From: Marsupella aquatica
Lineage: Eukaryota > Plantae > Marchantiophyta
Assembly: GCA_973895155.1 (NCBI GenBank)
Contig: OZ316897.1
Coordinates: 15,747,375 to 15,811,374, forward strand
DNA: 64,000 nucleotides
Reading direction: 5' to 3'
Below, in pieces: positions 1-12,468 of this stretch. Below the pieces are notes generated by a model that was not told the origin of the DNA, did no database searches, and was given only the letters and a program-made list of their open reading frames with translations. Position 1 is the stretch's first letter. Each line of letters starts with the position of its first letter. Both the position numbers and the translations under genes were made by a program.

Positions 1-562
1 TTGTGACTTATCGCACGCAATCTGCTAACTAGATGGCAAGGCTGACGTTTTATTCTGAGCAAGAATAGAGGGATTTTCCCTAGAGGAATTAAATGATATT
101 AATGTTTAATTCTTGGCTGCATAATTTCTCTCATGCACCAATGATGACTGGCATAAACGTCATTTTAACAGTTTGCAAGTCTCAGATTAATCTGTCCCTA
201 ACACCGATCATCCTATGAGTACACTTGGATGTCACTTAGGTACATCACTACCCGGTAGCTAGTCCTTGTGTATGCCATGCTGGGAGTCACGATTGATGGT
301 GATGAGATGACTGGCTTTGACATTTTTATTCCCTTTCTGACCAATATTCTTCTAGAGTGGGAGCCCCAAAACCTGAGCTCCCACTCCCATGAGGTGAGGA
401 ACGGTGCACACTGCACACCATCTACACAATTTAACTTACTGGGATCCACACAATAACATTTTTACGGAGCCTGCACTCCAAAGTCATATGACTTTGAAAT
501 AATTTTCTCGAATGATTTTCCAAGAGTGGTGTGTTGGCAACACTAGTATCTAGCTTCCTAGT
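1..562. repeat. Arm of a near-identical inverted duplication (partner 30862-31425); runs off the window start
   Basis: Bases 1-562 are the reverse complement of about 30862-31425, with only a few substitutions and one 4-bp indel by eye. The mirror-image ORFs 268-456 and 30966-31160 reflect this. Confidence 0.93.
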
Positions 563-3500
563 ACGTGTTGCACGACCATCTCAGAATATATTGTGACAAT
601 TTGAAAGGATCACTCATGGAAGGGAGTCTTCTCTCACCACTCGGAAGAGATGGAGTAAGGTTTCCCCAACTTTGTAATTAAGATAGTATCCAAATCCGTA
701 TGGATGTGAATATATTTTTCAAATTGTGTTGGAAAGAAGAGAGGTCATTTTATTTTGTCATTAGAGAGGCATCAACATTTTGTATGAGTTAGGGTTTTGG
801 CAAGGAGCTCAGACGTGCTTGTGTTGTGTGTTTGCGCTTAACCTAGCACTCAGGAGTGCCTATATCTATATTAACTCCTTGTACGTTTCCAGGGTGCAGC
901 CAATACATATATACCCATAAAGCCAATGACCCCGTTTCACTCCAGCTGGCCCAAAGGACTTTTAGGCCACAGCCACAACTCCCAGTGACTTTAATTGTGA
1001 ATGGTCTCAATCATGATCCGGGCTTGCAGATGCCGCCCTTAGTGTGCAACCGGTGCACCACTCAAGGTGCCTTCTCAGCCAAGGGTGACTCTAACAACCT
1101 GCAGATTGCAGGTATTAAACTATATAATTGGCTTAGCAATCTAATTAACAGCCACATTGTACTCTATAAACTCTCTACTACACCTTTGTACTCAGGCTAT
1201 ATAGGTACATTGCATTTAATCCCCGATTTAATCTCATGTTTACGTACACAGGGAGGAAATGATGAGTGGAAAAGTTTACTTTTAAGGACTTAAGTCATGG
1301 AGTTGACTCAACTTCAAAGTGAGTAGCATAACTTACTATTAACAACAATTTAATCCCTACTTCAACAAGGCCCGACCTTGCGCTCCGGGTCTTGCGCTTG
1401 TCCTACAAGCTCGGTCAGTCCGGATCTAGCCCCGGATCTTTAGTGCTCTCTTCTCAACTAAGGCCAGGATAACCCATGAATTGCCTCGCAAAAACTAAAC
1501 TTAAGGCCGGGCCAACTGAAGGCCCCTACTCGACCCCTTGCTTCTATTAAGCTAGGTGTTGGACTAAGTATTGAACCTTAAGCTAACAACAAAATAGCAG
1601 ATCGACTAAGAGACTCATTCTCCCGGATAGCCACATCCGCCTTGTCCCTGGGTTCTCGAAGGGCTTCCTCCCATTGTTCCACAATGCCCATCAACATTGT
1701 GGTTTTGTTGAAGAGCCTGGGCCGTTCGACCTCCATGCATGCAGCCACTTGTTTGCGGCCGTGACCATTGTGACCTTGGCCAACTTTGTGTCTGCCACCT
1801 CACATATTGGGCATGGTGCTGAACCAATTCTTCCAGCTCCTTATCTACGTACGTGCTGTAGCGTTTTCTCGATTAAGGCGGCATCAGGTGCTCCTTGGGA
1901 GTTCATCGGTGTACCCCACACATTAGGTATGGTGCTGACACGCGCAATTCTTCCAGCCCTTATCCCCCGGCCTGCTGTCGCTTTTTCTCTTCTCTATTCT
2001 GGCCGGCTTAAGACGCCTCCTTGGGCCGTCATGCATCGATCAATTAGGCATTGAGCTCTTGCCCGCGAGGCCAGCCCTCTTAGTGTGAGGTAGGACGTCG
2101 ACAAACCAACTCAACTCCTTGGATTCTTCGGTCTTTGCTGCAACTGGTGCGCAGCGTCTTTGCTTCCTAGCTTCCGCACGATTTACTACTTAATTGTTCT
2201 AACAGCAACACCGAAATCCCAATCTCTAATTGCTTGATTTGCGCCTTTTGGTTGATAGTGATTTTTGTGTTTCTCAAGAATGTAATTAATCCTTTTCTTG
2301 AAGGTGGTGAGCTTTGATCGTCTGCGGTGGCAGCCCAGTTAGCAACAACTGGTGATACACATACTTGCTTGGGGCTTCCAAAGCCTCTTCTTCCTCCTCG
2401 ATCTTAATTTGTTTTTTGTCGAGAAGCGCCACCCACCTCCTCTTCCTCAGTAAGGCCGTGACAGGTAATTCCTTGCTTCCCTCATTCACGCTAGTCCTTC
2501 AGGCCTTTCTCATTGGAATTTTCTTCCCCTTCATACATCATCATCAGACTCCTCCTTCTCTTTCTCTTTCTCTTTCCCCTTCTCAATCTTCTCCTGAGCA
2601 AGAAGGGGGTCCGTTACCACCTAACGTGGAGATTACAGTAGGCTTCACCCATTATCGTTTTACCAGCACGCTCAGCACATATGTGTGCGTACAATAAATT
2701 GCTTCCTCGAAACCCCTATGTGATTTTGTCCACTTGCACCCCTTTGTTCGATGCTACTGGCCGGCTCACCTGACTGTTGCCGTCAGAATAAGAATTTTCG
2801 AAAGATGAGTTTTTTACATGATCATCATTAGAGCATCTAGTCCGCACTGTTGCAAAAGCTGTGGATGTGTGCCCTAGCTCGTGGAGGATCTTGAAGGTGC
2901 AGTACAAGAATTGAACTTGAAAACGAGAATTTCATAAGAGCTTGCACTTTCATTAGTAGTCACCAATCAGGAGATAGTTGTTAAACCGGGTTGCACTTTC
3001 ATTGGTAGTCACCAATCAGTGACAACTAGGTGAATTTAGGTATGTGGTAGATTTACTACCGGGGGGGACGTGACAGTTTTGCCTTAAAGCACCATTGTAC
3101 ATGACAAATTAAAAGTGTTCCATAAGATTAGTAGTCACCAATCACTCGAGTTAGTTGTTAAATCGGGTTGCACCATTGCCCATGACATAACTTAGATCCA
3201 CCTTTTTCTTGAAATTGTGGAGCAAAGTCTTACCCTAGAGGAGAGTAATGTGAAAAAGGGAGAAGTATTGGACACTTATATATGTATGGCCAGTGGTGGT
3301 GGTTTAACTGAGATGCATGTACTGGTTAGTCACCCATGGATAGCCACTAAAAGCCTAATGGAAAATGGATAACGTCTTATATAGCAAAGTAATCTATTAC
3401 GAGCTCAACCTCAGGTTCAACCTTGTTTGCCGCTTCATTGTTCATCTCTAGGCAGTCATTTCGACAACTTACCTAGAAGAAGACAGAGTTTTGCATCTAG

Positions 3501-3992
3501 AGAATCCAGGTCGACAAAATCACAGAAGGTCCACAGATATGTAGTCTTTGGTCAGTCTGTACTCTTCACCTCACTTTGTCATTGGCCAGTCTTCATTTCC
3601 TGCCAACCGCAGCAGATCGAGTTCCAAAAGGATGTGCGCAATCTTTCTGCCCTTAGTCCGTCTCTGAAAATCTGCCCCTCTGAGTATATAAGGAGATCGT
3701 TGCCTCAGTATTCCCTCTCATCATAGGAGAGTTTCCCTGGATTGGGTGTCGCGCGATAAGCCGAGTCAGTGCGCCAGAAGTAAGTAATATCAGGTACACA
3801 CCTAAACCCTGTACGTACGTACATCTGCAAATTCAACGATACGGCTAATATAATTATCGATTGGCTAGATGGTTTATTGTGAGACGCTTGGGATTTTCCG
3901 ATGTCTCAGTCTGAAGATAGTCCATTTATTTTGAAGCCCCTCGATCACGTCTTGGCAAGGGGTACGTAATGAACCGAAATGAATTTACGTTG

Positions 3993-3994
<2 letters not shown>

Positions 3995-4023
<29 letters not shown>
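3995..4023. repeat. (TA)n microsatellite
   Basis: Pure TA run upstream of the RBX1-like ORF. Confidence 0.9.
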
Positions 4024-4026
<3 letters not shown>

Positions 4027-4199
4027 TAGGAATATCTTCTTCGCTCTCAGTTGTTTAACCTTAGTGGCCCGGCTCGGCTCTTAACTTCAGGAACATTAAT
4101 ATTGTGAAACAGGTACTCAAACTGTGAAGAGCTGACGAGCAGCCAAAGATATTGAGCTGAACAGAAGCCAAGGGTTTATATACCAACGTGAAGAGCAGC

Positions 4200-4595
4200 A
4201 TGGCAGACAAGACTACCAACGAGATGGGCAAGGGTGAAGAGATCACCAATGCTGGATCTGGAAAAGAGAAGGATGTCAAGCCCGCCGGGGCGGGTGAAGC
4301 AAGCAGCAGTGCCCAACCAAGCTCGAAGGAGCGTTCTGGACAGCGTTTTGTCCTCATTAATTGGGATGCCTTGGCCTTATGGACTTGGGATGTCTCAGTA
4401 GACAACTGTGGGGTCTGTAAGAACCTTATCGTGGAACCTTGCGTTGAATGCCAGCATGGTCAATTAACTGAATGCCGAATTGCTCGGGGTATTTGCAACC
4501 ATGCTTTCCATTCCCATTGTATCTCTAGGTGGCTGACAAATATGCCCAGGTGCCCTCTAGATACTAGCAACTGGGAACTTGCCCAGCTTGATTAG
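4200..4595 (+). CDS. RBX1-like: Intronless, divergent RING-box protein (RBX1/ROC1 family, zf-rbx1)
   Basis: FVLINWDALALWTWDVSVDNCGVCKN..CVEC..EC..GICNHAFHSHCISRWL..CPLD matches the RBX1 cullin-binding strand and RING-H2 ligand pattern. ATG at 4200, single exon. Confidence 0.9.
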   Translation: MADKTTNEMGKGEEITNAGSGKEKDVKPAGAGEASSSAQPSSKERSGQRFVLINWDALALWTWDVSVDNCGVCKNLIVEPCVECQHGQLTECRIARGICNHAFHSHCISRWLTNMPRCPLDTSNWELAQLD

Positions 4596-6139
4596 ACCCA
4601 ATCTGCTAGCTAGGTGGCAAGCCTAGCCTGGTCCTTTAAATTATGGGTAGACATGCGTGACTTAGGAACAATAAATATTACAATCGAAGTATGACCATTG
4701 CCCTACATATATTTAAATGGTGATAATCTTCTGATCGAAGTATGTCCATTGCCCTACATATAATTAAATGATGCAACAATCTTCTGACTTGGCTTTCATC
4801 TCCAGGTATGCAACTCTTTTTCTTATAATGCAAGTTTTAAATTACTTATATATAATGTCCTTCTATCCAATTGACCATCATGTAAGTTAGGTTTCATTTT
4901 TGTTTCCTAATCAAACTCTTGTACCTCTCAACTCAAGAAATTCAGAAATATATTTTAGAAAAACCTTCATCAAGCATTTTAGAATTTTTCTTAAAATTAT
5001 AGAATATATTATGAAACATTACAACATGTTCAGGAATATTTTAATTTTATGATGAAAAAGAAGAAAACCAAACCTTTTATTTCACAAGGCATAATGGACA
5101 CACTCCCATGTTGGTAAAACTCCCACTTATGGGCCTTTTTCCCTAGCATGCTAACACTAAAGTGGGGAAAAGCGCAAAGTGTGTAAATTGAGCACAACCC
5201 CACTTTACATGATAGGGAATATTCCCCACTTTGAATCTAGGAATTTAAGAAGTAGGAAAAACTCTAGGGAGAAAAGATTAATGTGGATTATAATTTTCTT
5301 ACTAGGGTTCAGACTTTGATTTCTTTTCTGTGCAATTTCATTTTGTAGATAGAGTGCAAGCATCCATGTCAGTCATTTATCATTACTCCTTTAATTAGAA
5401 CTCATTGACAGTGTTTGGAACCCAAAATTTATGCTTTGGTTAAAGATTATGGACAGTTCTAGTGATTGTAGGTAAGTGTGCAAACCCCTAGATGAGCATG
5501 AGAGATTTGGCAAACCCCTCTTATTACAAGGGGAACATACAAATCCTCTAAGATTGTCGTTTTTGTTACTAGGGTCTAAGTATACCAACATAGAACTAGG
5601 TAAAAGTCCCACATATGATAGGTTAAATTTGATTTCCTACCTGGGGACGTGACAGTTTTGCCTTGTGTTTGATTTTAAAGTTTTAAAAGTGGAAAACTCA
5701 GGGTTTTTTGAATTTTAAATTTTTTTATAGCCAACTTTCTAGTCCATATCATACTTTGGACGCTGCCCTCACCCCTGCCTTTTATACAAGGTTGCTTACC
5801 TGGGGTCATCTTGTTCTCTAATTCTCAATGGCAATGTGACCCGGGAATGGGACTGTGGATGATTGAGCATAGCCTGGCTATTTTCTCTTTGTGAAATTTA
5901 ACTCCTTGATATCCTACCTTTTGTCAGTTTTGTTCTAAGTAATGCATGTAAATACCATTTTTCTGAAATTGCAAGCCTAGATTTCTTAGCCAAATTCCAG
6001 GTGTCCTCATTGCGATCTCAAAGTACCCCACTAGGCTTACCGTTTATTCTCAGCAAAGGAGAGGAATGTGCCCTAGTTTGGGGGAAGGAAATTAATATTT
6101 AGTCTCGTATTTAGTTTGTGGCACCAAAATACATGCATA

Positions 6140-9100
6140 ATTTCTCTCATCCACCAATGAAAGAGGATCTCATGGTGTAGAACCCATAGAATAGTACCAA
6201 ATTACTGGGATCTACCCTATGTTAGGCATTTACTCAGTCTTAGGCCTAGGGTTAAAAATGTAATCACAGTTAGGGCTAACCTTAGTCACAAACTTGGTTA
6301 GGTTTATTTGTCATTGTGCATACTATATCACAATCGGTGTTTGCCTGGTAGGAGGAACTCAGGCTCAGGATTGTTACAGAGCCAGTTGAGAGATAGGCAT
6401 AACTTGTATTACATAGACTCGATATGGTCGATGCGCCTAGAGTGTAGTTAAGCTCTCGTGACTGTGTTCCGGCCGGTGGACATTGCATCAGCCAAGGTCA
6501 ACCATGTATCTCTTTGTGTCAACTACTTGTGTGTTGGATGATCATGGGCTTGTCATTATCAATATCGTCTTTGCTCTGAACCATGTATCTCTTTGTGTCG
6601 ACTTCTTGTGCATTGGATGATCATGGGCTTGTGGTAAGTTGTGAATGTTGTCTTTGCTCAACACCCTAGGGGTAGGGAAACTACTACTAAACTCTTAACT
6701 TGGAAGTCACCACACATGCATAATTTCTCTCGATCACCCAGACTCTCACCCACCAGAGATGACTAGCACTAATGTCATTTTGATCAACCGGTTTGATAGC
6801 TCCATTGCAAGTCTTAAACCATGTCATTAACAATAGCTACTCACTCCATGAGTCCGTTTATGAATATGTGTAGTTTTCATTCCTGTTTTCATTGATGACT
6901 GGCCATATCATTTTGACAGTTCCATTGAATTTCAAGACTTTAAGCGTCCGTCATCCGGGCCTTCCGGGGGGCCTTCATTAACACCAATCATGCTATGAGT
7001 ACACAAAGGTTTCACTTTTATGCATGACCACCCTGTGTGGCTTTGTTTATTCAAGTGTGAACACTGGCAAGCAAGGTTTACCCCTTAAGTTGTTTTAATT
7101 GGGATCAAGTGTTGAACATTTTTTAGTGTTTAGATTGAGCAAGGTGTGTTTAGATATATAGATAGTCAGGCCATGGTTCCGAGCATGGTTCAATACATTT
7201 TTTCTTACATTTTAGGCGGTCCAAGGTCTAGAAATGTCATAGGTGATGGGGAGGTCTCCATATAGTGAGACCCCCGAGAGAGAGAGAGATACAAAAGTTA
7301 ATTTTACAGACAAAATACAACTAACATGGTCAACCAGATATACCATTATGAGGAACTCTGCCGATGCAAGGTGACAAAAGTCATGTGGAGGCCTGTAAGG
7401 AAAAGCTGTCAAGGCAAGAAAAGCAAGGAGAAAAGATGATGTGAAAAAGAGATGTCAAGGTGAGAAAAATATGTAAAAGATAAGGAAAATGTGTTGAGGG
7501 TGAGGGAAAGATGTTGTGGTGTTAAGGACACAGAAATGTGGCAAGGTGAGAAAAAGGTCAGATGTCAAATTGAAAAAGGTGTCAATCGATGAGACGAAGA
7601 GATGTCAAGGTGAAGAAAAGAAGCCCAGATGAGAAAAAATGTTGAGGATCAAGAGAAAAGATGGCGAGGTGAGAAAAATATAAAGATGAAGACATTAACG
7701 CTTTCAAGTAAAGAAAATATGTACGTTGAGACTGAAGAGCTTGGATTGGTTCCCAGTTTTTCTTGAGTTTGTAAATGGATGGATAATGGACTATATCTGG
7801 TCAAATAGGGTATTATAATGGTAAAATGCTAAGGAAGTTTGGGTATCCATAGAAACTCCTAACTTTTATTAAACTTCTCCCTTCCTTGTGTCATCTAAGG
7901 GATTGGTAATTTGGTTTTATTCAACCAAAATTTTCCCCGAAATTTCCTCATCAATGCACTTTGTAGTCAATATTTTCTTCTTGTGCTTTGATGATGGTAC
8001 ACTGAGGGTACTCCTTGATCCTAGTGCACACAACATCATTACCTCCATTTAATCTCACATTTAATGTCTTTTGTCTTCACCCATTTTGTTCATTTTTTTG
8101 TGGAAAGGTTTCCACTCCGTTTGGTCAGGGCTATATTTGATTCACTTGATTTTATGCCTTCTCTTTGTTGAGTACATCTACTTTTGGAACTGCAAATTTG
8201 ATTGATGACCACTGAGAAAAAAAGACACAACATGCCGAGCAAGAGGCATGACTTTGTGGTAGCTCGCTTGAGTAGAGACTGTTAGGTCTTGGGTTCAACT
8301 ATTGTGACTGACTTTGACTTCCCTTCTCTGGGGTTTCACAGATTTCCCCTTAAAAAAATTAAAAAATAATTTAAAAAGACACAACATGTTATTATCGTTT
8401 TGGATTAGAACTAGCCTTATAAAACATGCAGTATGTGGCTTACTAATGGGTGCAAGTTGTATTGCATCTGTGGATATATTCGTACACATGAGCCTGGAAT
8501 TTTTATTAAAAGATTTTTACAATTTTAATAAAAATACTAAAAACCTGGCTAGCTTGGCTCTCGGGGGTTAACTAAGTGTATATTTTGGGGTAGCACGTGC
8601 AATCCTAGTTTAATATAAATAGATATATTCTATAAAGAAAATATTCTAAGAATATTCTCTATTTTCAATATTAATAACCTATTTTACTTATAAAGGGTAT
8701 ATATTAAAGAATATTCTATAAACATGAGTTTATAATACCTTCTTTTGTCTCCTACGTTTTTTAGAAATTTAGTTAAAATCTGTCAAAAATATCTGTTTTG
8801 GATCGCACATGGTTCCTAAGATTTTTGATAGTCAACCCCCCGAGGCTTGGCTGTAGACCCTTGTATTTAAAAAAACCCATATAATTTGGTTTTGATCAAT
8901 TTTTAGTACATCAAACCATGTTCGGTTTTCTTTTTAAGTTACATTTTTGGATTCCTTGAGTTGAGAGGTACAAGAATTAATTTAGTAGACTAAAATAAAA
9001 TCTAAGATAGTCAATTGGATATATAAACCCTTATTACTGGAGGGTAGTAATTTTGTTGTTTTGAAACTAAAAGAAATTTTAATTTGCAAAAGCATTGTTA

Positions 9101-9256
9101 GAAAATTCCATTTTTAGAAAACTTTTGTGTTTGTTATAAGGAGGGTTTTGACTAATTTAGCTACTGCAAAGCTACCTGAGATTTTTATCTAAGGAAACAA
9201 TGAATGTTAAGAATTCTTAATATGTTTCTTAGAACTCTCCTCTTGTTACAAAGAGC
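6140..9256. repeat. Mosaic repeat segment with a diverged inverted paralogue (about 38235-41562 plus 55929-56400)
   Basis: Long collinear reverse-complement matches: 7280-8470 vs 39050-40600, 9040-9256 vs 38235-38480, and 6140-6700 vs 41510-41562 joined to 55929-56400. Confidence 0.85.
8560..8844. mobile_element. hAT-like MITE (CTCGGGGG family)
   Basis: TIRs CTCGGGGGTTAACTA...TAGTCAACCCCCCGAG. Perfect 8-bp TSD GCTTGGCT at 8552-8559 and 8845-8852. Confidence 0.9.
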
Positions 9257-9572
9257 ACTTACCATGATTTCGGACCGACCGAGAAGTGTGTCGGAGTTCT
9301 CATTTAGCCCGATCCTGTTTTTTTTCTAAGGCAATGCAATGACCGATAAAACTGGCAAAAACTCTCCGAAACGCCACTTTCCTCCATTGCATCGCCGCGG
9401 GAATGCAGGGAGCGATATGTGCATCGGGTTTTACATTCCGTCAGTGAAAAAGTCCGAACTGCGAGTAACTTGGTCCGAACCGCGTAATCCAGGAATGACC
9501 ACGCACTAACCCAGGTAAAAGGGGAACTTAACCATGGTTAAGGGGAAATTAACCATGGTTTAGAGCGTCTCC

Positions 9573-9580
9573 TATATAAA
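9573..9580 (+). promoter_or_regulatory. Putative TATA box for the plus-strand genes of element A
   Basis: cTATATAAA about 310 bp inside the left TIR, followed by a GTAAGA donor at 9751. Confidence 0.4.
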
Positions 9581-10175
9581 GAGGAGCGGGCTGCCCATAA
9601 AACGTTTGCTTTCGCCAGAGCAAATATCTCCTGACTGAGAGCGAATACCAAACTCCCATCAAGTCTTACATTCCTCCCAAGCGATTCGACTCTTTCTACC
9701 GAAAACCCGATAAATTTATCGGAACAGCCATTCCTGTTCAAGTTCTCCATGTAAGACTAACTAGTCATTTAGTGTAAAATGTCCAGATCCGAGCGGACTG
9801 CGATAAATTTATCGTATTTTGCATTCCTCTGTTGCAATCATTTGATCCAGTGTGTTTAGAGAGGTGTTGCCTTCATTCCGATAAATTTATCGGAGTCTCC
9901 ATTCCTTTCATGGAAAGAGGAGTAATTGAGAATCCGATAAATTTATCGGAGTTGTCATTTTTGTGAAAGATTGAATTCAGGGCTTAGGTGTTTGAGGAAG
10001 TCATATTTTCAATTCGAATGCGGAGTGCGATAAACTTATCGCATCCTCCTATGAGAATCATTTTCCTTTGTTTTGTTTGGAGACTCATCTTCATCTCTGA
10101 TGTCGCAGTGTTGCCGAGTTTAGGAGGCACAACGGAAGGTCGATTGCACTCCGTGGACAACAGGTATTGTGACAA

Positions 10176-10505
10176 ATGGCTGTCTTCCTTGAAAATCGTG
10201 TCAAACGTGCACGCCGGTTGTACAAGAGACTCATGCGACTCAAAGTTCTCCCCATCGGTATAGGAGCATTGTGGATGGGTGGTACTGATCCTGGAGATAG
10301 GCAGAATCCTCTCCACATTGAATTCTATGGAATGAATGATGCAGGAGTTCCAATTTGTTCGAGGTTGATGTTAACGGCGTGTTTACATTCTTTGGAGTTT
10401 TCTTGTAACTATTGTTGTCGTCATCTTGATAACAAGTACCACAAACAGGCTCACTTCTGTTGTAAGATTTGGAACGAAGACCCTTGGGTGAACCTTTCAC
10501 GATGA
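10176..10505 (+). CDS. Element A cargo ORF1, small Cys/His-rich protein of unknown function
   Basis: 109-aa ATG ORF ending in CLHS..SCNYCCRH..HFCC. No family recognised. Confidence 0.4.
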   Translation: MAVFLENRVKRARRLYKRLMRLKVLPIGIGALWMGGTDPGDRQNPLHIEFYGMNDAGVPICSRLMLTACLHSLEFSCNYCCRHLDNKYHKQAHFCCKIWNEDPWVNLSR

Positions 10506-10693
10506 GTGTTTCGACCTTTTCATTGAGGCGCATCTTGGAAGGACATATTTAAATAAACAAGTCCTACCCTTGCGCAGCGAATATAATACGTCACGACTCC
10601 TAATCGTTAAACTATCGTGCAGGGTTGGTACTGTGTTTGGTTACACCTGGTGATTGAAGGTATTTTTATTGGTGGTTTTGGTAGCTCTGCTTC

Positions 10694-11242
10694 ATGGCTG
10701 CATCGGAGAATCTAATCGTTGCAAAGATGGGATCCGTTTTAGCCCACGAGCGTAGGAAATATATTCGAGGAAAAGTGCCCGGTGTGGAATGCGGAAGTTT
10801 GTTGAATGGACTTCCCGATGAACTCGTTGAATCTCACATTTGGCCCCTCCTAGCCTTGTCTTGCACACAAGATGAACACCTTGGCCTTGACCTAAAACTT
10901 CTACCAGAAGAACGACTGACTCGAATGAGAACAATCATTTGTCTTGGAGCCACCTCGAAGAAATGGAACCATCTTGTTGTTGGTACACGATTTTGGGCGC
11001 TATTGAAATATGCAGTCCGTGAGATCAATGACATAAACAAAATGCTCGCAAGCATTCCTAATGCCGTCCTTCTCTCAAACCTACATATTGCTAGGGTCTT
11101 CCGAGAGGAAACTCATTTCCTCCCTCCCATAGATATGCTTGGGTGCTTCTCGTATGACCGTTTAGATGCGTTTCTTAGAGTTTGGGTGAATCTTGGAGAA
11201 AGCGGGAAGCGGACAATTCTTGCATGGCATGGACGAGTCTGA
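10694..11242 (+). CDS. Element A cargo ORF2, F-box-like protein
   Basis: LLNGLPDELVESHIWPLL....ICLGATSKKWNHLV..FW resembles the F-box pattern (LPxE...I...L...VSKxW). An intron-like GT...TAG ends just before the ATG. Confidence 0.6.
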   Translation: MAASENLIVAKMGSVLAHERRKYIRGKVPGVECGSLLNGLPDELVESHIWPLLALSCTQDEHLGLDLKLLPEERLTRMRTIICLGATSKKWNHLVVGTRFWALLKYAVREINDINKMLASIPNAVLLSNLHIARVFREETHFLPPIDMLGCFSYDRLDAFLRVWVNLGESGKRTILAWHGRV

Positions 11243-11534
11243 GTGGATGAGGCATTGCAGCGAACATCCGATAAATTTATCGCACTCCTCATTCCTCTAG
11301 TCGATTTTGGGTGCTTGTAAAGAAACACTTTGAATATAATTGACTCTGCCTCCCCTGACTTCAGGTTGTGTGGTCCAGAGTGTATTTTTTTGCGCCTCTT
11401 CAGACGATTAGCTGACAAGTGCATTGGCTTCACAGCCCGTTATACAAGGTACTGTAAAGTTGGATGAAACTTGTAGAATTGTAATTAGTATGTTCTCCAA
11501 AATTTATTCCTGATTTCTATTCGGTGATCAGGCC

Positions 11535-12248
11535 ATGCTCAAGCGACGCATTTTTGTACCCTTCCCGGATCCTCCAGAATGGGGGAATGGAGCCATGCTG
11601 GACCAGCTAAGGAGGCTGGATGAGTCACTAATTTCAAAGATATGCAGGCTGGTAGTAAAACCGTTTTACCATAACACATTTCACTTCTACATAGATCAGG
11701 TAGGGGGAGAAATTTATATTCGGTGGGATAGATATGTTGGATTTTCTAGAAGAGTTATCCTACTCTTTCTGAAAACCGATGCAGTAAGACGTTTTATACT
11801 CCACTGCTGTCATGTTGTGAAGGGCAATCCTGCTTATGAGCCAGAATTCTATGCCGACAACAGACATAGAGCATTCGATGAGATTCAGGATGTGATTGAC
11901 GAGCTGGACAATCCTCTTGCCACCGAGTTTTTTATTGACACTGGTGGGAAACTATATTCATACAAGATTCGTCAACTCCCCCCCCAGCCGGTCTGTGGGC
12001 TCTTTAACTTGATCTATGTAAGTTGCCTGTGGACGAACGTCCTTGCCAATGGTGAGATCTGTCCATGCTGCACAAATGCTTGTTGTGACATTCCGTCACG
12101 CCGGTATTCAGTAGCAGTAGTGAATCCTGAGACTGGTGAAGTTGATTTCCATTGGCTGTGGGCTTATGATCATCGCGTCACTCATATTCCCCAATGGCCC
12201 AAGAAGCGGATTGAACGCTTCGCTCTGGCGAGGTTCAACTATGATTAG
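11535..12248 (+). CDS. Element A cargo ORF3, 237-aa protein with a Cys cluster, unknown function
   Basis: Long ATG ORF with protein-like composition (CPCCTNACC). A CAG acceptor lies immediately upstream. Confidence 0.55.
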   Translation: MLKRRIFVPFPDPPEWGNGAMLDQLRRLDESLISKICRLVVKPFYHNTFHFYIDQVGGEIYIRWDRYVGFSRRVILLFLKTDAVRRFILHCCHVVKGNPAYEPEFYADNRHRAFDEIQDVIDELDNPLATEFFIDTGGKLYSYKIRQLPPQPVCGLFNLIYVSCLWTNVLANGEICPCCTNACCDIPSRRYSVAVVNPETGEVDFHWLWAYDHRVTHIPQWPKKRIERFALARFNYD

Positions 12249-12468
12249 GGTTTAGGTTTAGGGGTTAAGGTTTTGGATTTAGGGTTCCGTAGCTGATTCT
12301 TCGACTTGTACACTCGGCCGTCAATTTAAAGAAGGCTCACTTTTGCGATAATTTTATCGGTCTCTTTGTCCTTGTGTGATGAGATGTCGTGTCCACATGT
12401 GCTATGAGATTGGCGGCGATAATTTTATCGCTCTTTGCATTGGAATTTGTTTATTTGCAGACTTTTCC

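Noticed and set aside
213-456. Short ORFs duplicated at 30966-31167
   Set aside because: By-products of the inverted repeat; no protein motif, and the frame differs between copies.
590-3075. Possible LTR-retrotransposon relic (GGGGACGTGACA end at 3075, decayed coiled-coil/gag-like frames on the minus strand)
   Set aside because: No TSD, second LTR, clear PBS or recognisable gag/pol motif. The same end junction recurs at ~5645 as part of the mosaic repeat.
9707-10042. Regularly spaced palindromes with unique spacers, resembling a CRISPR array
   Set aside because: Repeats are only 16 bp, spacing is irregular, copies are dispersed over 11 kb, there are no cas genes and the context is eukaryotic.
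12245-12285. Telomere-like TTAGGG/TTTAGGG runs (also ~40336-40358)
   Set aside because: Only 3-4 degenerate units; common telobox-like sequence, not a telomere or healing site.
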